A stretch of 64,000 nt of DNA from NCBI GenBank assembly GCA_965652795.1, contig CBFGXJ010000005.1, forward strand, positions 25 to 64,024. Direction: 5' to 3'. Each line of letters opens with the position of its first letter. The first letter of the stretch is position 1. The DNA is from an uncultured bacterium. GTDB lineage: Bacteria; Patescibacteriota; Saccharimonadia; Saccharimonadales; UBA4665. Both the position numbers and the translations under genes were made by a program. The notes beneath the pieces were generated by a model that was not told where the DNA came from, searched no databases, and saw nothing but the letters and a program-made list of their open reading frames with translations. Of the stretch, positions 28,215 to 36,135 are shown one piece after another.

Positions 28215-29294
28215 CTACTGCTGATCGGGCGGTTTGCTGGCGTAATACCTTGCCTTGGCCTGCTCTAAGCTATCTATGGCCCACTGCACAAATTGAGGCG
28301 AATATTCTACCTTGCCCTGGTTGGTACGCGCAGAGGGGAATTGGTTGCCCAGTTTATAGCGATTGCGGGCTATAAATCCTCGTACAATGTTTTCTGGAAG
28401 CTGCGTCCGTTCCATAATGACTTCTACGCCGCCCCATTCAACCAGGGGTGCTGCCACTTGGGCTTCTATAAGTTTTGCCGGGCCCGGTGCTCCCCGCGAT
28501 GGAGGCTCAGCCATATCATTTGCTGGCAGTGGTGGTGTTTCAGGCGCGGACTCAGGCGGCCGCTCTACGTTAGGAGCGCTATCCGGCGCTCCTATGGGCA
28601 GCGCCTCGCCGCTTTCATCATTCATATGGCCTTCAAGCCCGGGAATATGTACCACCGGCCGTATGAACCCGATGTAACGTGAACTGTCAGCAATATGCCC
28701 GCGCACTACCTTCCGCATATCGGTAAACCCACTACGGTAAAAGTAATATGCAAAGCCGCCTGCACGTCTCGCCCTGGTAATCGCCTCGCCTATTTTGTCT
28801 TTTAGGTTCGCCAGTAATCGGGCAATCTCCTGTTTACTGCCCATGCCGTTTTCATATAGGTCCTGCGCTGTTATGGCGTCGTCCACTAGAAGCAATTGAT
28901 TAACTGCGAAGAGCTCTTTGCCGCCCTCAAGCTCTACCCTGTGATCATCAACGACCAATACGTTATCGGCCGGAATAATTATGCGGCGCTTGGGAGGCAG
29001 AAACGACTTATTTGCCAGTAAGCTATGCGGATACTCTGCTGCCGTAATGAGACGACGGAAGAGCAATTGGCGGCATTGTTGACGCCCTTCTTCAGACATA
29101 ACAGTCATGTCATAAGGGTCTAGAGATCCAACCGGAACATCTTCGTCCAGCGCACTCCGTATGGCTGCCCCGGGTATGCCTGGCGCTTCATGAGCGGCCT
29201 GGTTCTCCGGCGCGGCACCCTCGCCGCGAATAGATGAGGGGAGGCCGCCTGCCGGGTCGAAATTGCCGGCAGACTCAGGTTTTGGCTTATTCAT
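28215..29294 (-). CDS. hypothetical DNA-binding-like protein: disordered N-terminus, OmpR/PhoB-type winged-helix-like core, C-terminal HTH-like module
   Basis: VLVVDDHRVELEGGKELFAVNQLLLVDDAITAQDLYENGMGSKQEIARLLANLKDKIG...GGFAYYFYRSGF resembles Trans_reg_C. The C-terminal IMERTQLPENIVRGFIARNRYKLG resembles the module repeated in ORF 20628..21659. SD AAGGAGG. Confidence 0.6.
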   Translation of the reverse strand: MNKPKPESAGNFDPAGGLPSSIRGEGAAPENQAAHEAPGIPGAAIRSALDEDVPVGSLDPYDMTVMSEEGRQQCRQLLFRRLITAAEYPHSLLANKSFLPPKRRIIIPADNVLVVDDHRVELEGGKELFAVNQLLLVDDAITAQDLYENGMGSKQEIARLLANLKDKIGEAITRARRAGGFAYYFYRSGFTDMRKVVRGHIADSSRYIGFIRPVVHIPGLEGHMNDESGEALPIGAPDSAPNVERPPESAPETPPLPANDMAEPPSRGAPGPAKLIEAQVAAPLVEWGGVEVIMERTQLPENIVRGFIARNRYKLGNQFPSARTNQGKVEYSPQFVQWAIDSLEQAKARYYASKPPDQQ

Positions 29295-29342
29295 CGGTTG
29301 GCTACAGCCTCCTTACCATTCTTATTACTTTCAAGTTCAGCC

Positions 29343-29377
29343 ATGAAAATACCCTGGCTGAACCAGGGTATTTTCAT
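29343..29377. terminator. 15-bp perfect hairpin abutting the tRNA-Val 3' end
   Basis: atgaaaataccctgg-ctgaa-ccagggtattttcat, directly adjacent to the tRNA CCA end (29378). Confidence 0.75.
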
Positions 29378-29454
29378 TGGTGGGCGCTGAGGGACTCGAA
29401 CCCCCGACCCTCTCGGTGTAAACGAGATGCTCTAGCCAACTGAGCTAAGCGCCC
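29378..29454 (-). tRNA. tRNA-Val (anticodon UAC), CCA encoded
   Basis: GGGCGCTTAGCTCAGTTGGCTAGAGCATCTCGTTTACACCGAGAGGGTCGGGGGTTCGAGTCCCTCAGCGCCCACCA. Perfect 7-bp acceptor stem and anticodon loop UUUACAC. Confidence 0.93.
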
Positions 29455-29578
29455 TTCCTGATGAGATACCGCTAGCGGCACCATCTCATCTAAAAGTACT
29501 CTGAGATTGTACGCTACTTCGCCCGATTTATCAAGTGCCATGGCCGCAGAGCAACGGCCGCGCATAGCTTGCATCATT

Positions 29579-30310
29579 CTAGTGCATAACCTCCAGGCGG
29601 GCCGGCTGGGCCGGGTCCCCCGGGCCGCGGGCGGCGTTGTCGTGAACCGCCAGGTGGGTCAAGGATCGAATATTGGCCATCGGCATGACCATCGTGGCGT
29701 GCCTTGCGTCGGTATGTGCGATTTCAAAGGCAGGCCGCGGCACCATCGAAGCATCCGGTTCTTTGCCGGGCAGTTTATCAAGACTCTGGCATACCTGGAT
29801 GGCCCGGGTATTGTTTGCGAATGTCCTGGCCCATAATCCGTTGAAAACCTCACGGCTCGGCTGCGGGCCGCTGGTGCGCTCAATAGCATAATCTACCACG
29901 ATCGCTGCTGCGAATTGCTCGGCCAAACCCCGCTGACGATATCTTTTGGCGAGCCGAAACTCGATAGTGTCTTTAGGCCGTGGCGCCCCGTCGAGACAAG
30001 CATCTACGGCTTCGAACATATCTTGACCGCCTACCAGGGGCTGCACCCGGCCCCAGCCATACCCGCCCAGACTGCCGCTCGGCGAGACTAACCAATACGG
30101 CATGATGCTGCCCTGGCCCAGGCGCTGATTCAGGAATCTCCAGGTCTCGCCCACATCCGAAAAACGGCTTTCGGCATCAGGCACCCAGTTAAATATGTGC
30201 GGGTCCTGAGCCAGGCGTGGCAGTTCCAAAAACCACTCTCCTATACCACGGTACACCTGCATGGCAGCGCCCTTATCGTCATAAATCGTTCTGAAGTACT
30301 CTGCGTTCAT
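29579..30310 (-). CDS. GNAT-like acetyltransferase-fold protein with ~55-aa C-terminal extension
   Basis: IEFRLAKRYRQRGLAEQFAAAIVVDYAIE (motif A-like, Q/RxxGxA) and LWARTFANNTRAIQVCQSL (N..A... motif). TGATATAGT box at 30320..30328 makes the ATG at 30308..30310 the likely start. Confidence 0.55.
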   Translation of the reverse strand: MNAEYFRTIYDDKGAAMQVYRGIGEWFLELPRLAQDPHIFNWVPDAESRFSDVGETWRFLNQRLGQGSIMPYWLVSPSGSLGGYGWGRVQPLVGGQDMFEAVDACLDGAPRPKDTIEFRLAKRYRQRGLAEQFAAAIVVDYAIERTSGPQPSREVFNGLWARTFANNTRAIQVCQSLDKLPGKEPDASMVPRPAFEIAHTDARHATMVMPMANIRSLTHLAVHDNAARGPGDPAQPARLEVMH

Positions 30311-30434
30311 AGTTTGCATACTATATCATAATTTGAATGTGATTGCTTGTGATTTTTGTACTGTTGTTCACTACTTTCAGTACCTCTGTAAAAACGGATT
30401 GTCGTTGGCGAGCTACTCCGGATATGGTTAAATA

Positions 30435-31676
30435 GTGTTACTGACCGTAAAAAACAAAGTGTATCCGCAAAATTACCCCAGCCCATCCAAGAAACTCCGC
30501 CCGGCAACCATCGCATACATAGCCGGTGCCGCAGCTGTTGTACTGCTGATAATCGGTATCGTCATATGGAACAGTCGCTCAGGCGACCAGCCGACCCAAG
30601 ATACTGGCAAAACCCCCGCCAAAACCCAACCGGCTACACCCGAAGGGGGCAAAACCACCCCGGACACTACCACCAAGCCAAAGACCGACGATCCCAAAGC
30701 GAAAGATCAACCCAAAACGGACGCCAAAAAACCGGCCCAGACACCCAGCTCGCAGCCATCTGCCGGCGGCAGTACCTCGCCGGGCTCTTCCGGCTCTTCC
30801 GGCTCCAGCGGCGGCGGCACCTCCGGAGGCGGCTCCAGCGGTAATCCGGGCACGTCTTGCAGCAGCAGCGCCACCCACACGAACGACGGTCCCGATGGCG
30901 CCGGCGGCTGCTGGCCCGGCGCTTCCAACACCGGCGTACCCAGCGGCACGGTGTTGACTGCGTATAGCGGCCCGTCGACCATAACCACCTCAGGTACGAC
31001 TATCATTGGCAAAACCATCAACACTGACCTGTTCATTCAGGCCAGCGGCGTCGTCATAAAGAACTCGCGTATTAACGGCCACATAGATGTCGACGGCAAC
31101 GGGTACTCCCTGACGATTGAAGACTCCGAAGTCCACGCCAGCAGCACCTCGGCACCAGCAATCGGTTATAACGACATAACTGTGCGGCGCGTTGAGGTCA
31201 CCGGCGGCCAGCATTCAATCTCGTGCAGCGGCAACTGCGTCATCAGCGACAACTGGCTGCACGACCAGTACAACCAGCCCGGCGGCTCATTTCACAATAA
31301 CGCCTTCATAAGCAACGGCGGCAACAACATGACACTCACCCACAACACGCTGGACTGCACACCCGAAGACAACGGCGTCGGCGGCGGCTGCACCGCTGAC
31401 GCGTCGTTCTTCGGTGACTTTGCGGCCATCACCAACGCAACCATCAACAACAACCTGTTCGTTGCCACCCCGTCGGGCGGGTACTGCGGCTCATTTGGCC
31501 ATAATCCGGGCAAACCATTCCCCACGCCGTCGAACGTGGTGGTGACGAACAATATTTTCCAGCGCGGCCCAGGCGGTGTCTGCGGGATCTGGGGGCCAGC
31601 CACGTCATTCTTGGCCGGGAGTGGCAGCAGCTGGTCGAATAATAAGTATGATGATGGGTCGGTCGTGAATCCGTAG
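30435..31676 (+). CDS. membrane-anchored surface protein with right-handed beta-helix-like C-terminal domain
   Basis: N-terminal TM helix, Lys/Pro/Thr/Gly/Ser low-complexity linker, then repeated (I/V)xN(N/S)x(I/F/L) turns (VIKNSRING, CVISDNWLH, MTLTHNTLD, ATINNNLFV, VVVTNNIFQ). GTG start uncertain. Confidence 0.72.
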   Translation: MLLTVKNKVYPQNYPSPSKKLRPATIAYIAGAAAVVLLIIGIVIWNSRSGDQPTQDTGKTPAKTQPATPEGGKTTPDTTTKPKTDDPKAKDQPKTDAKKPAQTPSSQPSAGGSTSPGSSGSSGSSGGGTSGGGSSGNPGTSCSSSATHTNDGPDGAGGCWPGASNTGVPSGTVLTAYSGPSTITTSGTTIIGKTINTDLFIQASGVVIKNSRINGHIDVDGNGYSLTIEDSEVHASSTSAPAIGYNDITVRRVEVTGGQHSISCSGNCVISDNWLHDQYNQPGGSFHNNAFISNGGNNMTLTHNTLDCTPEDNGVGGGCTADASFFGDFAAITNATINNNLFVATPSGGYCGSFGHNPGKPFPTPSNVVVTNNIFQRGPGGVCGIWGPATSFLAGSGSSWSNNKYDDGSVVNP

Positions 31677-31718
31677 GTAGGGTGACAGGACGTTAATCGA
31701 GCTTTTGGTGAGGACGCG

Positions 31719-31976
31719 CTAAGATTCGAAGAAGCTTAAACCGATCCAACGACCAATTTGCTTACCATTATCGCCATATTGAGTAATAATGAAGTCCCCT
31801 GCGTATAGCCGCTCCATAGTAGAGTCGTTCTTGTCTCTTTGACTCAGAAAGTCATTTATTACAAATCGCAAAAAAGCTTTAGCACGGTCTTTTTCTTGGA
31901 AGCTCCATGTATCGCTGTTTGTCCGATTTACTATTACGTATTTGGCATGCGCTGCAGTTAGATTTTTTGTATCCAT
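31719..31976 (-). CDS. hypothetical protein (85 aa) in the low-GC islet
   Basis: TAGAAT box (31983..31988) 6 nt upstream of the ATG. No recognisable domain. Confidence 0.45.
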   Translation of the reverse strand: MDTKNLTAAHAKYVIVNRTNSDTWSFQEKDRAKAFLRFVINDFLSQRDKNDSTMERLYAGDFIITQYGDNGKQIGRWIGLSFFES

Positions 31977-32110
31977 ATGCTGATTCTACACTAGTGCTAA
32001 GAAAAGTTGAATCCTTAGCCAGACTAAGCTTTAAAATTCCATGACAGGTGTCAGGACTCGAGCGTATGTAGCTGAAAGAATTAAGAATACGAAGGTGCTC
32101 AAATTCAACG

Positions 32111-32131
32111 TGGTGCGGATGAGAGGGCTTG
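32111..32131 (-). repeat. tRNA-Leu 3'-end fragment (variant copy, 19/21)
   Basis: The reverse complement CAAGCCCTCTCATCCGCACCA differs at 2 of 21 positions from the tRNA end CAAGTCCTCTCGTCCGCACCA. Confidence 0.7.
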
Positions 32132-32148
32132 CTTCCTGTACGCGCCAA

Positions 32149-32841
32149 CTACTTACTTACGGTCACTTCGTTCACAATAAACGCATCAACACCGGACTTA
32201 ACTACATCGTTGCTATTGCCCAGCTTCTCCGTGTAAGCAGTAACCTTAAAATTTCCAGGGGGAATGTTAGCGTCCGCGAGTATTTTTTCAAGCCGATCTA
32301 TTGTGTAGCGAGTTTTGATTCGGCCGTTTTCGTTAAAGACGCCCTCTTCTTGCTCCGTGGCAGTTGTGGCGAGGAACTCCATTTCTGCACTATCATCAGG
32401 AGATTTGAGCGAAAGATAGCTTTTACCGCCACTTCGTAAGATTCGATACACTTCTGAAAACAATTGAGCAAGCACTTTGGACTCAAAATAATGCAAGGCC
32501 AGACGCGAATAAACAATATCCACTGAGCTATCTTCTAAGGGCAGCTTGCCAAAACTAAAATCGCACTGAAGCGTTTTATGTTTGTCTGCAAGGCCCAACT
32601 CGTTTGCATGAGCATCGGCCTTAGCTAGAGGCTCATCGGCAATATCCACCAAGACAACCTCGTGCCCTTTTTCGGCAAAATAAATGCTGTCGGTGCCCGT
32701 GCCGCCGCCAAGGTCGCAGACCTTTGAGTTCCTGGGAAATTCCTTTTCCTTTTCGGCCGCGTATAACGAATGGCCTTTATCGTCGGGGATGCGTGCGCTG
32801 TTCTTGTTCCAGAAATCCTGTAAATCAATCATATAGTCCAT
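32149..32841 (-). CDS. class I SAM-dependent methyltransferase (small-molecule type)
   Basis: Motif I VCDLGGGTGTDSIYFA, motif II VDIVYSRLALHYF and post-II ILRSGG. GC about 40%. The ORF-track N-terminal extension runs over a tRNA fragment and was rejected. Confidence 0.8.
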   Translation of the reverse strand: MDYMIDLQDFWNKNSARIPDDKGHSLYAAEKEKEFPRNSKVCDLGGGTGTDSIYFAEKGHEVVLVDIADEPLAKADAHANELGLADKHKTLQCDFSFGKLPLEDSSVDIVYSRLALHYFESKVLAQLFSEVYRILRSGGKSYLSLKSPDDSAEMEFLATTATEQEEGVFNENGRIKTRYTIDRLEKILADANIPPGNFKVTAYTEKLGNSNDVVKSGVDAFIVNEVTVSK

Positions 32842-32860
32842 GATACAGCAATTTAGATTA

Positions 32861-32880
32861 AAGAGGGCTTGAACCTCCGC
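32861..32880 (-). repeat. tRNA-Leu T-arm fragment (variant copy)
   Basis: The reverse complement GCGGAGGTTCAAGCCCTCTT matches the T-stem/T-loop. It shares the 10-mer agagggcttg with 32122..32131, so the methyltransferase gene is bracketed by a direct repeat. Confidence 0.6.
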
Positions 32881-33083
32881 TAATAGATGATAGTTACAAC
32901 AAGAAAAGTCCCGAGAATACATTCTGAAGTACGGCTGGGCATTTTGCCAAACTCGGCCGCGCGCTCGCCGGTTTGCTTATTAAACCAAGTACTTATACCG
33001 TTGTGCCAGTATCATAAGGGAGAAAACGATTTCAAACAAAAAGAGTTCGAAAACCAAACTCTTTTGTATCTGTTACTTCAACT

Positions 33084-33104
33084 TGGTGCGGACGAGAGGA
33101 CTTG
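33084..33104 (-). repeat. exact 21-nt duplicate of the tRNA-Leu(GAG) 3' end (att-like)
   Basis: tggtgcggacgagaggacttg is identical to 33211..33231, in the same orientation, 106 bp beyond the tRNA 3' end. Confidence 0.85.
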
Positions 33105-33171
33105 TTTTCTGTTTGCAGCAGACTACCACCGGCAGTCTGCCTACTTTCCGTCAAGTCCTCTCTATTCAAGA

Positions 33172-33210
33172 CTAGTAAAATACCCTGGGCAAGCCAGGGT
33201 ATTTTACTAG
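33172..33210. terminator. 17-bp perfect hairpin abutting the tRNA-Leu(GAG) 3' end
   Basis: ctagtaaaataccctgg-gcaag-ccagggtattttactag, directly adjacent to the CCA end (33211). Confidence 0.78.
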
Positions 33211-33295
33211 TGGTGCGGACGAGAGGACTTGAACCTCCACGGGTCACCCCACTACCACCTCAAAGTAGCGCGTCTACCGATTCCGCCACGTCCGC
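33211..33295 (-). tRNA. tRNA-Leu (anticodon GAG), CCA encoded
   Basis: GCGGACGTGGCGGAATCGGTAGACGCGCTACTTTGAGGTGGTAGTGGGGTGACCCGTGGAGGTTCAAGTCCTCTCGTCCGCACCA. Long variable arm and anticodon loop UUGAGGU. Confidence 0.93.
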
Positions 33296-33319
33296 ATACT
33301 GTCGTTTAAAACATTTGCT

Positions 33320-33348
33320 AGTATACGCTAAAAAGGTGGATATCTCAA
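33320..33348 (-). promoter_or_regulatory. promoter of tRNA-Leu(GAG) (TTGAGA-17-TATACT)
   Basis: -35 is the reverse complement of 33343..33348 and -10 the reverse complement of 33320..33325, 24 nt upstream of the mature 5' end. Confidence 0.5.
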
Positions 33349-33370
33349 CCCTTGAACCAGGCTGGGCAGC

Positions 33371-36055
33371 CTAGGCTGAAGGCAGGCGGTCGTAGGCGAC
33401 GGCGACACCGGTTTTGGTTAGCACGAAGGGCGTGGTCACCCGCTGACGGGAAAGTTCCTGAGCCCGCTCGGCAAAGGTAGCGTTGGCTTGCTGCAGGTTG
33501 GCGGGCGCTGCTGCGTCGGTAGCAGGTGCTTCGCCTATCGTGACCAGCCGCTCAAGCACGTTAAAAGGCCGGCCGTCAGGCCCCGCCTCGACACCGCGCA
33601 GGCTGGCCAGGCGGTCGGCCATAGACGAGCCGAGCGCCCTAACCTGCCCGTACATGCCGGGGTCTACGCCGCTGGCCTGGACCTCGCCGCTGTCGGCAGG
33701 CGGCAGCTGGGCCATAATGGCCGGCATATCAACGGGCGGCGGTACGTCATACATACTAATAGGTGGGCGGATAAGGACTTCTTCAGGATGTACCCTGCTG
33801 TAGCCTACCAGCCCCGCTTCTTCGGCCATATCCATTAATGGCTCCAGTAGGCCGCGCCATGCCGCATAGGCGGGCAGGTCGCGACCGGCAATGGTAAAGT
33901 CGGGGTTACGTTCCATAACGTACGCAATCAACGCTTGTTCGTGCCGCAGTTGCAGGACCCCTACCCCTTGACCGCTATAGCGCATGAGTGTTTCGTTATA
34001 CTCTTGGTTCGGGTCAAGCTGCAATCCGGTCACCCCGTGAAGCGGCGCCCCGCCGCCCAGTCTGCTCACTTCGGCAATCAGCTCTTTTTGGAATGATCTC
34101 AACCGGTCGTTCATGAGCTGCGGGCCGCTCTCCGTCCTGTCACGCGTGTACCCCAAAGCCTCCAGCGCGGCCGGCACATAGCTACCTACTGCCGCTTGCG
34201 TCAGGAATCGGTCAAGTGATTCGCCCAAGACGATCGGCGTGCCGGCTTCATGCAGTTGCTGGAGCGTATCAGCCAGCTGCCCGCCCTCTACATTAAGCCG
34301 GGCCGGCAGCGGCGCGTACGTATCGCCCAATCTCTCGGCCAGCCGGGCACGTACCGTCTCTGGCTGCATACGGAACATAGCCATCAGCCTGCCGTATGCA
34401 GGATTAGCCGTCACCAGCGCCGTCGCTTCAGACGGGATAAACGGCAACCGGAAGCCGATAACCGTATCGGGCGCCTCCAGCCGGGCGGCATGAGCCGCGC
34501 CCCATAAACCGACTATGTCCGCTGCGGTGCCACCGTACTGGGCGCTCCGGATGACGGGTATGGCCTCCGGGGGCGCTGCCTGCTCGTCCAGCCGTACGGA
34601 TGCCGGATACGTGGACTTGAATCGATCCAAAACACCAGTATTCAAGCCCGACGGCGCTGCCCAATCCCCGCCCCTGAAGTAATCCGTCAGTTCGCTCAGT
34701 GCAGTAGTGGTCACCGTCGACAGGCATTCGTCCAGGTTAGCTGTATACGACGGCGAGATACCCTCTAAACTATCCACAAAGTCCTGCACAGCTTGGACGC
34801 TGTCAAAGCCGGCGGCGCGCCACTCAGTTCGCCCTTTCGGGCTGATAGTACGACCTCTAAGCAGTTCGGGGTCATGCAACGTCACGGTAACCGTTTGATT
34901 AGCATCGGCCGGGTTCGTAATAGTGAGCGTCATTGCGCCATAATGGATAGTGACATCGGCAATCGCACGTCGATCGGCCGGCGCTTCGGTGCTCATGCGC
35001 GAGCCGGCGGCAGCCAGTAGCGCCACACCGGTAATATGGTGGGCTTCTTGCGCCGTGCCCAGCCGTTGTAACTCTGGTTGTAATATCACTGCGGTGGCTG
35101 CATTCTGCAGCCTTTGCAGGTCGACAGTTGCGGTATCACGTCTTATTCTTTCCATGAAGTTGGTTATGCTGCGGCCAGGGTAGGCGGTTTCCGGTGTACG
35201 ACCCTCCAGATAGTCGGTAACTTCAGCTGGCGGAGCAGTGACCAGGCCGCTTTCTCTGATTTTAGGATGAGCCAGCTTTTGGCTCACCGTCATGGTGCCG
35301 AATATCTCGTCGGCGTACTGCGCCATCTCTACTGCGCGGCGCGAGGCTACGCGGTCTATGGTATCCAGCACGCCGTTCTCCAGCGTCGGCGGCTCGTGTT
35401 TAGACCGGCCGGTAAACGTGGGTTTGGCGACAGGCTTCCAGGGCTTACTTGCGGCAGCCACCAATGCCACCACTGGTGCATCGGCCCGCAGCCGGTCGCT
35501 TACCAGGGCGGCCGTCAGGACAGGGGCATTAACCTGGGTATCGGGCGTCCACAGGACTGGGGCGGGCTCGTCGGCCTGGAGCGTACTTACCCGCAGCACC
35601 GTTGCCATAGCTGCACGATCTTCCGACCTGCCGATGCCGAAACTATCAGGGTCAGGCTTATCAAACAGCGGCGCAAGCATCTCTGCACGGCTCAGCAAGT
35701 ACTCGTCAAGCGGCGATACGCCCGTTGCCGGGTTTACTTCAGAGGAATACCGTTCGGCGGCAGCGGCGTACACATGTGCGCCCAACGCATCAGCAAAGCG
35801 GCGGCGCAGACGCACCCCTGGTACGGGAGCTTCCGTCCAAGCGGTAAAGACCTCGACCATCGACTGCTCTGCCTGCGCAGTGTCGCCGTTGTTCAAATCG
35901 GTCAGTACCGCACCGGCTACGTTCCAATGGTTGGTCAAGTATTCGCCGGCACCCTGCTGAGGGCGTACACCATGGCTATTTCCCCAGGGGAATTCGTGTA
36001 TAGCGGCAGGTACATGAAACTGTGGTTGCTCCGGGGTATTGACTGTTTCGGACAT
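33371..36055 (-). CDS. large orphan protein (894 aa), Ala-rich, predicted cytosolic, no recognisable motif
   Basis: Uninterrupted ORF. ATG at 36053..36055 has SD AGGAG 11 nt upstream and a TGCTATAGT promoter. No signal peptide, TM helix, P-loop or HExxH, and a single Cys. Confidence 0.8.
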   Translation of the reverse strand: MSETVNTPEQPQFHVPAAIHEFPWGNSHGVRPQQGAGEYLTNHWNVAGAVLTDLNNGDTAQAEQSMVEVFTAWTEAPVPGVRLRRRFADALGAHVYAAAAERYSSEVNPATGVSPLDEYLLSRAEMLAPLFDKPDPDSFGIGRSEDRAAMATVLRVSTLQADEPAPVLWTPDTQVNAPVLTAALVSDRLRADAPVVALVAAASKPWKPVAKPTFTGRSKHEPPTLENGVLDTIDRVASRRAVEMAQYADEIFGTMTVSQKLAHPKIRESGLVTAPPAEVTDYLEGRTPETAYPGRSITNFMERIRRDTATVDLQRLQNAATAVILQPELQRLGTAQEAHHITGVALLAAAGSRMSTEAPADRRAIADVTIHYGAMTLTITNPADANQTVTVTLHDPELLRGRTISPKGRTEWRAAGFDSVQAVQDFVDSLEGISPSYTANLDECLSTVTTTALSELTDYFRGGDWAAPSGLNTGVLDRFKSTYPASVRLDEQAAPPEAIPVIRSAQYGGTAADIVGLWGAAHAARLEAPDTVIGFRLPFIPSEATALVTANPAYGRLMAMFRMQPETVRARLAERLGDTYAPLPARLNVEGGQLADTLQQLHEAGTPIVLGESLDRFLTQAAVGSYVPAALEALGYTRDRTESGPQLMNDRLRSFQKELIAEVSRLGGGAPLHGVTGLQLDPNQEYNETLMRYSGQGVGVLQLRHEQALIAYVMERNPDFTIAGRDLPAYAAWRGLLEPLMDMAEEAGLVGYSRVHPEEVLIRPPISMYDVPPPVDMPAIMAQLPPADSGEVQASGVDPGMYGQVRALGSSMADRLASLRGVEAGPDGRPFNVLERLVTIGEAPATDAAAPANLQQANATFAERAQELSRQRVTTPFVLTKTGVAVAYDRLPSA

Positions 36056-36097
36056 AGACAACAAAACTCCTACATAACAGCTACGTTCGTGTCACAT

Positions 36098-36106
36098 ACT
36101 ATAGCA
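36098..36106 (-). promoter_or_regulatory. extended -10 promoter (TGCTATAGT) of the 894-aa orphan gene
   Basis: Reverse complement of actatagca, about 42 nt upstream of the ATG. Confidence 0.5.
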
Positions 36107-36135
36107 TATGCCGCTGCCGGTCGCAGTTCGCTGGC

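Larger units (their letters stand above)
31706..33210 (-). mobile_element. decayed low-GC integrated islet at the 3' end of tRNA-Leu(GAG), with no integrase left
   Basis: GC is about 38% in hand-counted 60-nt samples versus 53-65% in the adjacent gene. It is bounded and subdivided by direct partial copies of the tRNA 3' end (33084..33104, 32111..32131, weak 31706..31718). Confidence 0.5.

Noticed and set aside
29378-30325. The GNAT-like gene next to tRNA-Val, considered as a TacT/ItaT-type tRNA-acetylating toxin-antitoxin module.
   Set aside because: No small RHH/DUF1778-type antitoxin ORF is adjacent. The protein is 243 aa with an extra C-terminal region, unlike the ~160-aa toxins. The tRNA adjacency is most simply coincidental.
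30700-30860. Short tandem nucleotide repeats (ggctcttcc x2, GGC/AGC runs) and the gggttctgg-type repeats at about 40020..40140, considered as possible CRISPR or satellite arrays.
   Set aside because: They lie in frame within coding low-complexity linkers (Gly/Ser-rich and QNP-type Pro/Gln-rich). There is no repeat-spacer periodicity and no cas genes. No CRISPR array was seen anywhere in the window.
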